Virus record (IMG/VR): IMGVR_UViG_644736323_000003
Span: 1,012-65,011 of that record
DNA length: 64,000 bases
Source: a virus
Lineage: Duplodnaviria; Caudoviricetes
Strand: one strand, 5' to 3'
Made by a program: the position numbers and the translations under genes. Below are positions 18,390 through 27,379 of the stretch, piece after piece; position 1 is the stretch's first letter; each line of letters opens with the position of its first letter. The notes beneath the pieces are model-generated. The model worked only from the letters and a program-made list of their open reading frames with translations, did not search any database and was not told the DNA's origin.

Positions 18390-19144
18390 CAGCTGTCCTC
18401 TCCGTAGGTGATCGCGAGGACGACCGCGGCGGCGTCGTCCACGGCGCGGTCTGGATCGTCGAGCGGCGCCGCCTGCCCGGCCGCCACCAGCTCTTCGGCC
18501 AGCGCCTGCGGCTCACCGCCGAGCTGCGTCCCCCGTTTCTCCAGCTCGGCACCGCCGAGCCGGACGCCGTTGCTGGTGAGCACCAGCGCGGCCGGGCTGG
18601 CGTCCTGCCCGCGCAAAGCCGTCCACGCGATCGTGGAGACCGAGGCGTGGGCTAAGCCGAGCAGCACGTAGGAGTCGAGCGCGGTCATGACGGGCAGCGC
18701 CTCCAGCGCGGCCCGGCTGGTGGCGGTGATGGTCGACCCGGCCAGCGCGTGTCGCACCCACTGGCCAACCACTTGGGCGGGCGTCAGCCGCAGCAGCTCG
18801 CCGCGCTCGGGGTACCAAGCGTGCGCGGCGACCTGCCCGGCGGTCGCTACCTCCACCCGTCCGTCCAGCCCCACGGACACCACCGCCGCCGTGGCGTTCG
18901 GCGAGCCGGGGTAGGCCGGGACGGTGTCCGCTGCGGCGAGCAGACCGGCCTGAGCGTCCCGGTGCGCGGCCACGATCGCCGCGACCTCGGCCGCGCGCTG
19001 CGCGGTGCGCACCACCGCCGCGCTGTGGCCGATCCCGTCGACCAGCGCGGCGCCCGCGCCGAGCGGGGTCACCTCGACGTGCACGGCGTCGGCCAGCGGA
19101 CCGGCCTTCCCCTCGGCGAGGGCGGTCCCGTACGTGATCTTCAC
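18389..19144 (-). CDS. PP2C/SpoIIE-fold phosphatase-like protein with altered metal ligands
   Basis: AALVDGIGH, NATA, TAGQ (usually AGD), LTSNG (usually SDG), DDAAAV. Confidence 0.7.
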   Translation of the reverse strand: MKITYGTALAEGKAGPLADAVHVEVTPLGAGAALVDGIGHSAAVVRTAQRAAEVAAIVAAHRDAQAGLLAAADTVPAYPGSPNATAAVVSVGLDGRVEVATAGQVAAHAWYPERGELLRLTPAQVVGQWVRHALAGSTITATSRAALEALPVMTALDSYVLLGLAHASVSTIAWTALRGQDASPAALVLTSNGVRLGGAELEKRGTQLGGEPQALAEELVAAGQAAPLDDPDRAVDDAAAVVLAITYGEDS

Positions 19145-19249
19145 GGTGTTCTCCTTCTCGATTCGGTGCGGTCGTGGACCAGCGTCGCGGCCGGTTGTTG
19201 GACCGGCGTTGGACCGGCGTTGGATGGGCGCGCGCCCGCTCCAGCGCGG

Positions 19250-19462
19250 TCAGGCGTCCAGGCTGTCCGGGGCGAGCTCGTCCGCCGCGTCGACCAGCGT
19301 CTGCGCGCACTGCTCCAGCAGTCCGCCGCCGAACCGGGCGACCAGGCTCGGCCGGGCCGCGTCGAGGCTGATGCCGCTCTCGACCAGGGTCTGGCGGAGC
19401 TGCTGCTCGGTGTCGAAGTACGCGCAGTCGTCGACGTTGCTGTAGTGGGTGGGGCAGGACAT
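19250..19462 (-). CDS. Small hypothetical protein
   Basis: AGGAGG RBS. Confidence 0.6.
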   Translation of the reverse strand: MSCPTHYSNVDDCAYFDTEQQLRQTLVESGISLDAARPSLVARFGGGLLEQCAQTLVDAADELAPDSLDA

Positions 19463-19507
19463 GGTGGTTCCTCCTGTGGTTGAGGGCGTGCGCGTGGTGG
19501 CGGTCGG

Positions 19508-20236
19508 TCAGGCGACGGGGACGCCGAGGCTGAGCAGCACGGCGAGGACGACGAACGCGGGGAACACGAGGCGCTGCTCGACCGGGCCGCCGGTGCGGAA
19601 CCGGAGCGGACGGGGCGGGCGGATCTCGTACCAGGTCTCCCCGGCGATGGGGATCGGCCAGAGGACGGGGCAGCCGGACAGGGTCAGGGCGTCCCCAAGG
19701 CAGTGCACCAGGCACCCGGTCCCCGCGGCGATCCCCAGCGGCCAGCCGATCCCCGCCAGGTCCCCAGGGAGATCCCCACCGCTGGTTCCCCAGAGGGCGA
19801 TCCCCGCGATCCCCGCGAGCGGGAGTACCCAGTCCCCAAGGGCGTCCCCGGCCAGTGCGATCCCCAGCAGCACGGTCCCCACCACGAACGGCGTTCCCCA
19901 CGCAGCGCTCCCCGCGCCGACCCCGATCCCCACGAGCACCGCGAACACGAGGGTGTGGGTGGCGTGACGGTGTTCCCCACGGTGCCGCTCGTCGCGGGGA
20001 CCTCGCGTGCGGGCGTAGAGCCAGCGGCTCCCCGCGCGCAGCGCCTGGGACAGCAGGCCGGTGACGGGGCCGAGGAGGCGGGAGGCGCGGGCGCCGGGGT
20101 GGTCGAGGTCGGGGACGAGGGCGAACCCGGCGGTGACCAGCGCCAGGACCACGGCCTGCGCGGTGGTGGTGGCGGTGAGCGGGGCGAGGGCGAGCCCGGC
20201 GCACAGGCCGGTGAGGGCGTGGGTGCGGCCCATCAT
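19508..20236 (-). CDS. Membrane-bound metal-dependent hydrolase (YdjM/YbcI-like)
   Basis: MMGRTHALTG, VPDLDHPG, HRHATH, HCLGDALT.SGCP.LWP; several TM segments. Confidence 0.85.
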   Translation of the reverse strand: MMGRTHALTGLCAGLALAPLTATTTAQAVVLALVTAGFALVPDLDHPGARASRLLGPVTGLLSQALRAGSRWLYARTRGPRDERHRGEHRHATHTLVFAVLVGIGVGAGSAAWGTPFVVGTVLLGIALAGDALGDWVLPLAGIAGIALWGTSGGDLPGDLAGIGWPLGIAAGTGCLVHCLGDALTLSGCPVLWPIPIAGETWYEIRPPRPLRFRTGGPVEQRLVFPAFVVLAVLLSLGVPVA

Positions 20237-20677
20237 GGGGATCGCCTCCAAGGGGATCGGGTGGGGGCGGGCGGCCCCAGGGCTGGGGTGGGGACTGGGG
20301 ATGGGTGCGAGGTGGGGAACCCGTGGGGATGCGCTCCCCGGCCAGCGGTGGGGACGGGGACTGGGGATCAGCGCCAGCGGCGGGAGCGGGTCCCCGCGCA
20401 GTAGGGGCACACCAGCCGGTCGTGGGGATCGGAGCGCCATCCCCGCTCGCGCAGCAGACCGAAGCTCCAGTCGACGTCCCCAGGGTCGGCGATCCGGAGT
20501 TCGATCGGGGTGCCGCATCCCCAGCCGCACTCGACGTGCCCGATCCCCAGCCGGTCCCCGTCGGGGTTGTGGTGGCGGCAGCGGGTCGCGTGCTCGTCCG
20601 ATCCCCACCCGTTCTTGTGGACCTGGATGATGTCGATCCCCGCGGTGCGTCCCCGGCGGATGGTGGCGGTGGGGATG
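19638..20677. repeat. Dense GGGGA/TCCCC motif array (core GGGGATC); candidate clt locus
   Basis: About 43 pentamers and 15 exact GATCCCC/GGGGATC heptamers in ~1 kb (hand count). Confidence 0.8.
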
Positions 20678-21102
20678 TGCTCGGGGTGGTGGTCGAGGTG
20701 GGTGCAGCGGAGGGTGAACACGTCGGCCTCGCGCAGCTCGGGTTCCGGCGGCTCCGCCGCGGCGGGCGGGGCGGCGGGTGCCGGAGACGGGGTGGACGGG
20801 GCCTGCGGAACCGGCGGCGGCGCGGGGGACTGCGGCGCGGGGTCCGGCACGACGGGGGCTGCGGGCTGCTGCACGACCGGCGGGTCGGGCACGACGCTGG
20901 GCGGCGCGGCGGGTGCCGAGGGGGCCTCGGGCGCGGCGCCGCGCTGCGGGGGTGCGGCTGCCGCGCTCTGCGGGGACGCGCTGGTCGGGGGCGGAGCGTC
21001 GCCGGGTGCCGGCTGCTGCGGGTCCGCGGGGTTGGGCTGCATCGCGTGCCAGATCAGGTAGCCGAACCCGGCCAGGACCAGGATGCCGAACAAGGTGCTC
21101 AC
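20368..21102 (-). CDS. Membrane-anchored Pro-rich protein with C-terminal Cys/His domain
   Basis: N-terminal TM LFGILVLAGFGYLIW; Pro/Ala linker; CGWGC, CPYC. Confidence 0.65.
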   Translation of the reverse strand: MSTLFGILVLAGFGYLIWHAMQPNPADPQQPAPGDAPPPTSASPQSAAAAPPQRGAAPEAPSAPAAPPSVVPDPPVVQQPAAPVVPDPAPQSPAPPPVPQAPSTPSPAPAAPPAAAEPPEPELREADVFTLRCTHLDHHPEHIPTATIRRGRTAGIDIIQVHKNGWGSDEHATRCRHHNPDGDRLGIGHVECGWGCGTPIELRIADPGDVDWSFGLLRERGWRSDPHDRLVCPYCAGTRSRRWR

Positions 21103-21365
21103 GTCTGCGGTCTCCGTAACTCTGTGTGCATGTTCGTCCGGTGAGATGCATGGGGGCCTGCATGGGCGGGCCCCGCAGTAGTGCGGGTGACATTTAGGCT
21201 GGTCAGAGCGGCGAAGCAGTCTGCCAGGCGACGCTGATACAGCTCATACATCTGATACATTTCCGCAGGTCGAGCGGCGTTTCTCATGCACAGCCCCATG
21301 CATCCGGCAGCCCCCGCCGTGTATGGGCGGCCTGCATGAAGTGCATGAGGGTCGACTACTCAGGG
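21103..21365. promoter_or_regulatory. Structured intergenic region directly downstream of traB
   Basis: Seven TGCATG/CATGCA-type hexamers, three 9-bp-period ATACA repeats, inverted arms. Confidence 0.55.
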
Positions 21366-23624
21366 TTACGACAAGGCGGTGCGGATGTCGGCCACGGTGG
21401 CGGACATCCCCTGCGCGCGGCGCACGGTCGGGAGCGTCCGGCCTGCGGCGCCCAGCTCGCCGGACAGCGCCCGCGCGCGCCGCCGCACCAGCTCGGTGTC
21501 GGCGCCCTCGGGCACGTACCCGGCCAGCCGGGCGAGGTCGCCCAGGGTCAGCCACTCGTCGTCCGGGCGCCCGGCCAGCTGCGCCAGCAGGACCGCGGCG
21601 ACCGGCTGGTCCAGGCGCGTCCTGCGGACCAGCCCCGCGACGGGGGCGGGAGGTGCAGCTGGCGGCGTAGGGGCGGGTGCTGCGGGGGTGACGGCGGACG
21701 GGAACTGCATCCGCGAATGGGTCGGCGCGTCCGGGCGTTCGGGTGCGCCGACGGAGGCGGGCGTGGGGGGTGCTTCACCGCGCATCAGCAGCGCCAGGCG
21801 CTCCAGCGACTCGGCGCGCGAGGCGGCGGCGGCGTCCTCACCGGCGTGCGGGAGCAGCCGCTCGGCGGCGGCGGCGGTAGGGCGCCAGCCCTCGATCCGG
21901 GGCAGGCCGACGTACAGGTCCTCGGCGTAGGGCGCGGGCTGGCTCGCGTGGTCCTCCCGGCGGGGCATGAAGTCGAGCTGCACCTGCATCTGGCGGGACT
22001 CCACGCCGCACATCAGCCCGCGGCCCTTGGTGTTGGGCAGCAGGTACGGGCTGTAGGGCAGGCCGGGGATCAGGTTCGCCGACGACTTGGAGTTGACCCG
22101 CATGGCCAGGAAGTTCCGGGTCGTCAGGCTGGAGCGGAGCATCTCGCTGCCGCCGAAGACCTCCTGGCCGGGGATCTGGCTGGCGGCGATGATGCCCATG
22201 TTGAGCTTGTTGATGCGCTTGGCCAGCGCGCCGAAGACGCCGCCGAGCGCGGCGAAGACCTGGTCGCACTCGTCGATGAAGGTCATGATCCCCGGCGGGA
22301 CGACGCCGCCGCACGGGCAGGCGGGGTCCGGGTGGGCGCCGTCGGGCAGGCACGGCGCGGTCGTCCAGGGGTTGATCTTGCCGAGGCGGTGGCTCTCCAT
22401 CCAGGTCTGCCGGTGGTCGGCCTCGACCGTGAGCCATCCGGCGAGGTCGGCGACGTGGTCGGCGGAGAGCACCGGGTAGTCGGCGTGCTCGGCCAGCACT
22501 GGGCTGGACGCGCCGCGCTGCGGGTCCATGAACGCGATCAGGTAGCCGAGCTGGCGGCACCGGTAGGCCAGCCCGTCGAACAGCGAGGACTTGCCCATGC
22601 GGGTGCCCGCGAGGACGAACCCGTTGTGCGCGCCGTCCGCCGAGGCGATGTCCCAGAACGCCGAGGTGCCGTCGTCGATATAGCCGCCGATGCGCACCGA
22701 GCAGGCGTTGTCCGGCGCGGAGACCAACTCGGGGGTGAAGCGGGCGCTGCTCATGGTGTGGGCCGCGCGCCGGATGATCTGCATGTGCAGCTGCCCGGTG
22801 TCCTCCAGCACCGGGTTGTCCTGGTCGAACACCAGCTCCTGCCCGCCGTTCTCGTCGGTGGGCAGCTTCAGCTTCAGGGCGCCGACCAGCTTGCCCAGCG
22901 CGAGGTTGGCGGCGTCGAGGGTGGTGCCGCTGTCCCCGGACTGGACCACGAACGACAACCGCCCCTGCCCGAGGTCCCTGGGGTTGACCAGTCGGGTGTC
23001 GGGCAGGTGCTTGACCGCGCCCGCCGCCCAGCGCTCGACGTAGACCTGGAGGTCCGCGGCCACGTCCACGACCTCCCCCTCGATGGCATCCTCGGCCGCC
23101 GTGGTCTCGCTCTCCTCGGCGGCGGTCAGTGCGGCGCGGGCGGCGCGGACCTGCCGCAGCAGCGCGCGCCGCGAGCGCCAGCGGGCCAGCTGCCAGCGGC
23201 CGGTGGAGACCACCACGGCCACCAGGTAGCCGCCCAGCACGATCGGCTCGCCGCCGAACAGGCCCAGCCCGGCGCCCGCCGTCGCCGCGCCGCCGAGCAC
23301 CTTGCGGACCGGCGGCAGGCCCTCGTGCAGCTCGGTGCCGTGCGCGGCGGCCAGCGCGAACCCGCTGGTGGCCAGGGAGGTGATCGCGCTGCCGCCGATG
23401 CCGATCAGCAGCATCGCGGCCCCGCCCTGCCCGAGGCTGGACATCATGTTCGCGTGCCACAGCAGCGGTCCGGTGGTGGCGGTGATGCCGACGGCGGCGA
23501 CGGGCATCGCGGCCACGCGCCGCTCGACGCGCAGTGCGCGGGCGACCTGCTCGGGGGTGAGGGGCTTGACGTCGTCGGGCTTGGCGGGCGGGGGCGCGGT
23601 GGGCCGCTGCTCCAGCTCGGTCAT
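21366..23624 (-). CDS. traB: TraB/TraSA-type FtsK/SpoIIIE conjugative DNA translocase
   Basis: GAGGAG RBS; N-terminal TM helices; Walker A LAGTRMGKSS; Walker B MTFIDECD; IAASQ; C-terminal wHTH-like domain. Confidence 0.85.
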   Translation of the reverse strand: MTELEQRPTAPPPAKPDDVKPLTPEQVARALRVERRVAAMPVAAVGITATTGPLLWHANMMSSLGQGGAAMLLIGIGGSAITSLATSGFALAAAHGTELHEGLPPVRKVLGGAATAGAGLGLFGGEPIVLGGYLVAVVVSTGRWQLARWRSRRALLRQVRAARAALTAAEESETTAAEDAIEGEVVDVAADLQVYVERWAAGAVKHLPDTRLVNPRDLGQGRLSFVVQSGDSGTTLDAANLALGKLVGALKLKLPTDENGGQELVFDQDNPVLEDTGQLHMQIIRRAAHTMSSARFTPELVSAPDNACSVRIGGYIDDGTSAFWDIASADGAHNGFVLAGTRMGKSSLFDGLAYRCRQLGYLIAFMDPQRGASSPVLAEHADYPVLSADHVADLAGWLTVEADHRQTWMESHRLGKINPWTTAPCLPDGAHPDPACPCGGVVPPGIMTFIDECDQVFAALGGVFGALAKRINKLNMGIIAASQIPGQEVFGGSEMLRSSLTTRNFLAMRVNSKSSANLIPGLPYSPYLLPNTKGRGLMCGVESRQMQVQLDFMPRREDHASQPAPYAEDLYVGLPRIEGWRPTAAAAERLLPHAGEDAAAASRAESLERLALLMRGEAPPTPASVGAPERPDAPTHSRMQFPSAVTPAAPAPTPPAAPPAPVAGLVRRTRLDQPVAAVLLAQLAGRPDDEWLTLGDLARLAGYVPEGADTELVRRRARALSGELGAAGRTLPTVRRAQGMSATVADIRTALS

Positions 23625-23686
23625 GGCGGTGCTCCTCGAACGGGCGGCCGGGACGGGCGGTGGCGTCCCGGCCGCGTGGATCGGGG

Positions 23687-24757
23687 TCAGAGGTTGGTGA
23701 CGGAGGACTTGCTGCCGGTGCCGGGGTTGGAGGCGTAGCCGTCGGCGACGTTGACCGACCCCTCCAGCGCGGACAGCCCGGTGGAGGTCGCGGCCTTCGC
23801 CGCGTCCAGGGCGGCCATCGCCGCGTCCAGGGCGGCAGCCGCTTCGCCCAGCGCGCTGCTGGCGGCGCCGAAGCGGTCGCGGGCGGAGCCGAGGAGGTCG
23901 GCGGCCTGCTCGAACGGCGCGACGCGGGGGCCGGACCAGTCCTGGCGGCGCATGTCGGCCACGGTGCCCTCGATCGCGATGATGCCTGCGGCGCAGTCGC
24001 TGGCCAGTCCGCCGACCTGGCTCTGGGTCTGCTCGGCCTCTCCTCGGTTCTGCTCCGCGGCCCTGACGCCGTTGCCGAGCGCGTTCAGGAGACCGCGGGC
24101 GAACTCCATGTACGAGCCGAGGCCGCCTTCGCCGCTGGCGACGGTGCCGCTGCTGCTGGAGCGGATGGCGGGGGTGGGCATGGGTCCTCCTGGTGGTGTG
24201 GTGCGGCGCGGGGGCGGAGTGCCCAGCGCGGTGGGCGGGACCGGCGGGATGCCGGGCGTCGGATCGGGGGGCGGGTCGCGGTCCAGGCGGGTGCTGGTGG
24301 CGCGGATCGGGGCGTGCGGTTCGTCGTGGCCGGGCCACGTCCACCAGCCGGTGGGCCAGCGGAAGAACTGGTCGAAGTAGCGCCGCCAGCCGTGGTCGCG
24401 CAGGGAGCGGCGCGGGCGGCGGCGGGCGTTGCGGGCGGCGCCGACCGCGTCGACGCCGGTCAGCCACAGCCACCGCAGCAGCGCCCGCGCCCGGCGCGCG
24501 CCTGCCGCCGCGTGCGGGCGGCGCAGGTAGTCCTGGCCGTCGCTGGTGCGCGGTTCGCCGGGCGGGGTGCGGCCTCCCATGCGGACGGAGACCGCGACCA
24601 GCACCTCGGCCGCGCGCGGGTGGCCGACCGCCGTGGCGAGGGTGGCGGTCCTGGTGGCGAACCACGCGCAGCAGGCGCACAGCACGGTGCGGGTGTCGCC
24701 CCAGAGCCGGTAGACCACGAACCAGGCGACGAGGAAGGCGAACAGGAACGGGCCCAT
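23687..24757 (-). CDS. Transfer-associated protein: N-terminal TM, Pro-rich linker, C-terminal coiled coil (internal start at 24181)
   Basis: One open frame; AGGAGG RBS before in-frame ATG24181. Confidence 0.55.
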   Translation of the reverse strand: MGPFLFAFLVAWFVVYRLWGDTRTVLCACCAWFATRTATLATAVGHPRAAEVLVAVSVRMGGRTPPGEPRTSDGQDYLRRPHAAAGARRARALLRWLWLTGVDAVGAARNARRRPRRSLRDHGWRRYFDQFFRWPTGWWTWPGHDEPHAPIRATSTRLDRDPPPDPTPGIPPVPPTALGTPPPRRTTPPGGPMPTPAIRSSSSGTVASGEGGLGSYMEFARGLLNALGNGVRAAEQNRGEAEQTQSQVGGLASDCAAGIIAIEGTVADMRRQDWSGPRVAPFEQAADLLGSARDRFGAASSALGEAAAALDAAMAALDAAKAATSTGLSALEGSVNVADGYASNPGTGSKSSVTNL

Positions 24758-25200
24758 CAGCCGGTCGCCCCGAAGAAGACGGCAAGCGGCTCGGCCAGCT
24801 CGCCCAGACTGGTCCTCAGCGAGGCCAGCCAGCCGGGCAGGACACCGGCGGTGGCGGCGCCGATCAGGATCGGGGCCGCCACGCCGAGGCCCATCGTGTA
24901 GTTCTTGATGCCGCCCTTGCCCTTGCGCGGGTCGGCCTCGATCACGAACGCGCCGAACAGGGCGAGACCGATCGTGCAGAGCACGACGTTGGCGTGGACG
25001 CCGAAGACGCTGCCGGTCGCGCCGCCCGCCTTGCGGAGCACCTCGTGCAGCGTGGCGATCAGCCCTCCGGTCAGGCAGACCGAGGCGACGCACGCCAACC
25101 AGCACTTGATCTTGGGGAGCTTCTTCTTCCAGTGCAGGACCGCGACCAGGACGATGCAGCTGAAGCCGAGCACTCCGGCACCGATAGCGCCAGCGGGCAT
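24757..25200 (-). CDS. Four-TM membrane protein (Spd-like)
   Basis: AAGG RBS; hydrophobic helices; ATGA overlap. Confidence 0.65.
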   Translation of the reverse strand: MPAGAIGAGVLGFSCIVLVAVLHWKKKLPKIKCWLACVASVCLTGGLIATLHEVLRKAGGATGSVFGVHANVVLCTIGLALFGAFVIEADPRKGKGGIKNYTMGLGVAAPILIGAATAGVLPGWLASLRTSLGELAEPLAVFFGATG

Positions 25201-25211
25201 GATCGTTTTCC

Positions 25212-26582
25212 TTACTCGTTGACGGCGTCGGAGCCGGGGGCGGGCGGGTTCTCGCGCACGTAGCGCGCCTTGAACTCGGTGAGCTTCTTCTTCAGGTGCG
25301 TCACCCCGAACTGCTTGTCGATCTGGGGGCCGGTCACGGACGCCGGGTCGCCGCCGCGCGCGCGGACCTGCTCCGCGTACCACTGGTAGGCGCGCTCGCG
25401 CAGGGAGTCCTCCCGGCGGAAGGCGGTGACGTTCGAGCGCTCCGGCGCGGTCTGCGCTCGGGCGGGCTCGGCCTCCTCGGCGGCGACCACGGGGGCGGCG
25501 GGGAGAGCAGGGCGCTCGGCCGGGGCCGGGATGCTCGACTGCTCCGGGGCGGGAGGCAGTTGGTCGGCGGACTTCTCCGCCGCAGCGGACTGCCGCTCGA
25601 CGCGCTCCGGCTTCCGCTTTCGCTCGGCGCGGGCCTGCGCGCGCTCGGCGTCCTCGGCGGTGATCACCTCGGTGGCCCGGTCCAGCGCGGTGGCCGCGTC
25701 CGGGATGCGGTCGGTGACCGCCGTGCGCCAGGCCGTCCAGGTGTGCCGGGGCGCGACCAGCCAGCGCGCTACGCCCAGCTCGGGCCGAGGCGGGATCGGC
25801 GTGGGCGCCCAGCCCAAGCGGGCGATCTCGGCGGCACGCCGGTCCCGGTCGGCCCGGTGCTCGCGCAGCTCCCAGCCCAGCACGGAGGCCACCGACAGCG
25901 CCGCGAAGATCACCCCCAATGTGGAGGGGGTCGACCAGCTCGGGGACCACTCGCGGTAGTTCACGGCCGAGGCGAACGCGACGATCGCCCACATCACGCC
26001 CCGGTAGAGCGCCGGGGAGTCCCCCCGCAACCGCGCCTTGTGCGCCAAGCGGGCCATGAACAGCCCCAGCGTCTCCAGGGTCAGGCCGATCGCGAACGCG
26101 ATGGCGAACGCCAGCGCGCTGACGTGCTCGGCGTCGACCCGCAGCTCCTGCTCCACGAATGGCACGAAGCGCGGGTGCAGGGCAGCGATCTGGCCGAACA
26201 TCGCGGCGGTGGTCCCGGACAGCAGTGGGATGGCCAGCACCGCCGCCCACAGCCGGTCGCCACGGTCGGTGGCCGTCACCTCCGGCGCCGGGACGTCGGG
26301 CCCCTCAGCCGGGACAGGCGGCGCGGTCAGGGCCTCGGTCTGCGCGCGCAGCAGCTCCACCCGCGCCTCGGCCTCGGCGCGCTCCAGCTCGCGCAGCCGC
26401 TTGTTGTGCTCGGCGGCGCGCGCGGCCTCGGCGCGGGCGACGTCGGCGATGGCGGCCTGGGCGCGGGTCACCTCGGCCTCGGCGGCGGCGCGCGTGCGGA
26501 TCGCGTCGGCCTGCGCGCGGGCCAGCAGGCGCCGGGCGTACCGGGTGGTCGGCTCGGGCGTCGGCGGGGGCGCGGTGTCCAC
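25212..26582 (-). CDS. SpdB2/DUF2637-like spread protein
   Basis: N-terminal coiled coil, four TM helices (...FASAVNYREW...), Pro-rich segment, basic C-terminal domain. Confidence 0.7.
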   Translation of the reverse strand: MDTAPPPTPEPTTRYARRLLARAQADAIRTRAAAEAEVTRAQAAIADVARAEAARAAEHNKRLRELERAEAEARVELLRAQTEALTAPPVPAEGPDVPAPEVTATDRGDRLWAAVLAIPLLSGTTAAMFGQIAALHPRFVPFVEQELRVDAEHVSALAFAIAFAIGLTLETLGLFMARLAHKARLRGDSPALYRGVMWAIVAFASAVNYREWSPSWSTPSTLGVIFAALSVASVLGWELREHRADRDRRAAEIARLGWAPTPIPPRPELGVARWLVAPRHTWTAWRTAVTDRIPDAATALDRATEVITAEDAERAQARAERKRKPERVERQSAAAEKSADQLPPAPEQSSIPAPAERPALPAAPVVAAEEAEPARAQTAPERSNVTAFRREDSLRERAYQWYAEQVRARGGDPASVTGPQIDKQFGVTHLKKKLTEFKARYVRENPPAPGSDAVNE

Positions 26583-26642
26583 AGGGGTTTCCTCTCTGGG
26601 CGGTGGGCCCGGCGCACGAGGCGCCGGGCCGGGTGGGGAAGG

Positions 26643-27311
26643 TCAGAGGCGGCGCAGCCGCAGGAACAGCCAGGCACCGACCAGGCCCTTGACGATCAGC
26701 TCCCCGTCGAGGGCGTAGGTCGGCACGACGAGGGCGTGCCAGACGGCCTGCCCGCACACGTAGGCCGCCATCCCGAGTAGGAGCACGTCCAGGAACCCGA
26801 CCAGCTCGCGCCCGGTCCACCGCAGCGCGGTGGCGGCCCGGCTCTTGAGCGACGGGGCGCAGGACGGGGTGCAGACGTGGGTCGAGGACTTCAGCCCTGC
26901 CACCGTGAGCGCCTCGTCCAGCAGGTCGGGGTCGCCGGGGTTGTCGGGGTGCCAGGCGGGCAGCCGGTCCAGCGGGAACCACTCGGCGTGCCCGCCCTCT
27001 GCCGGGGTCAGCTCGGGCAGCGCGCCCCGGTCGAGCACGCTCCACGACAGGGCGTCGGACTCCGGGCCGCGCAGCAGGACCGGGTTGAGGCGGTCGGCGC
27101 TGCTGTAGGTCAGGTGCAGGCCGGTGGTCTCGCGCAGCCGATCGGTCAGGTAGGACAGCGGCTGGACATCCAGCTCGCCGACGCCGGGCTTGTCGCCGGG
27201 CAGTCGCCATCCCTGCCCCGGCTCGTCCGTGATCAGCAGGACGTACAGGCGCTGGTGCCGGTCGTAGGCGAGCACGACCGCGGTGGCGGGGGGATTGATC
27301 ATCATGGTCAC
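26643..27311 (-). CDS. Degenerate NUDIX-fold protein with C-terminal TM segments
   Basis: VLLITDEPGQGWRLPGD...RLRETTGL; AEWFPLDRLP; two TM helices at the end. Confidence 0.55.
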   Translation of the reverse strand: MTMMINPPATAVVLAYDRHQRLYVLLITDEPGQGWRLPGDKPGVGELDVQPLSYLTDRLRETTGLHLTYSSADRLNPVLLRGPESDALSWSVLDRGALPELTPAEGGHAEWFPLDRLPAWHPDNPGDPDLLDEALTVAGLKSSTHVCTPSCAPSLKSRAATALRWTGRELVGFLDVLLLGMAAYVCGQAVWHALVVPTYALDGELIVKGLVGAWLFLRLRRL

Positions 27312-27379
27312 GGGAGGGCTCCTCTGTCAGTCGCGGCGCAGGACGCCGACGGCGTCGGCCAGGGCCTCGATCTCGTCGT

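Noticed and set aside
21366-24785. 1139-aa ORF from the track as one giant TraB
   Set aside because: The N-terminal part is an Arg/Pro-rich shadow of other minus-strand genes; a clear GAGGAG RBS supports ATG23624
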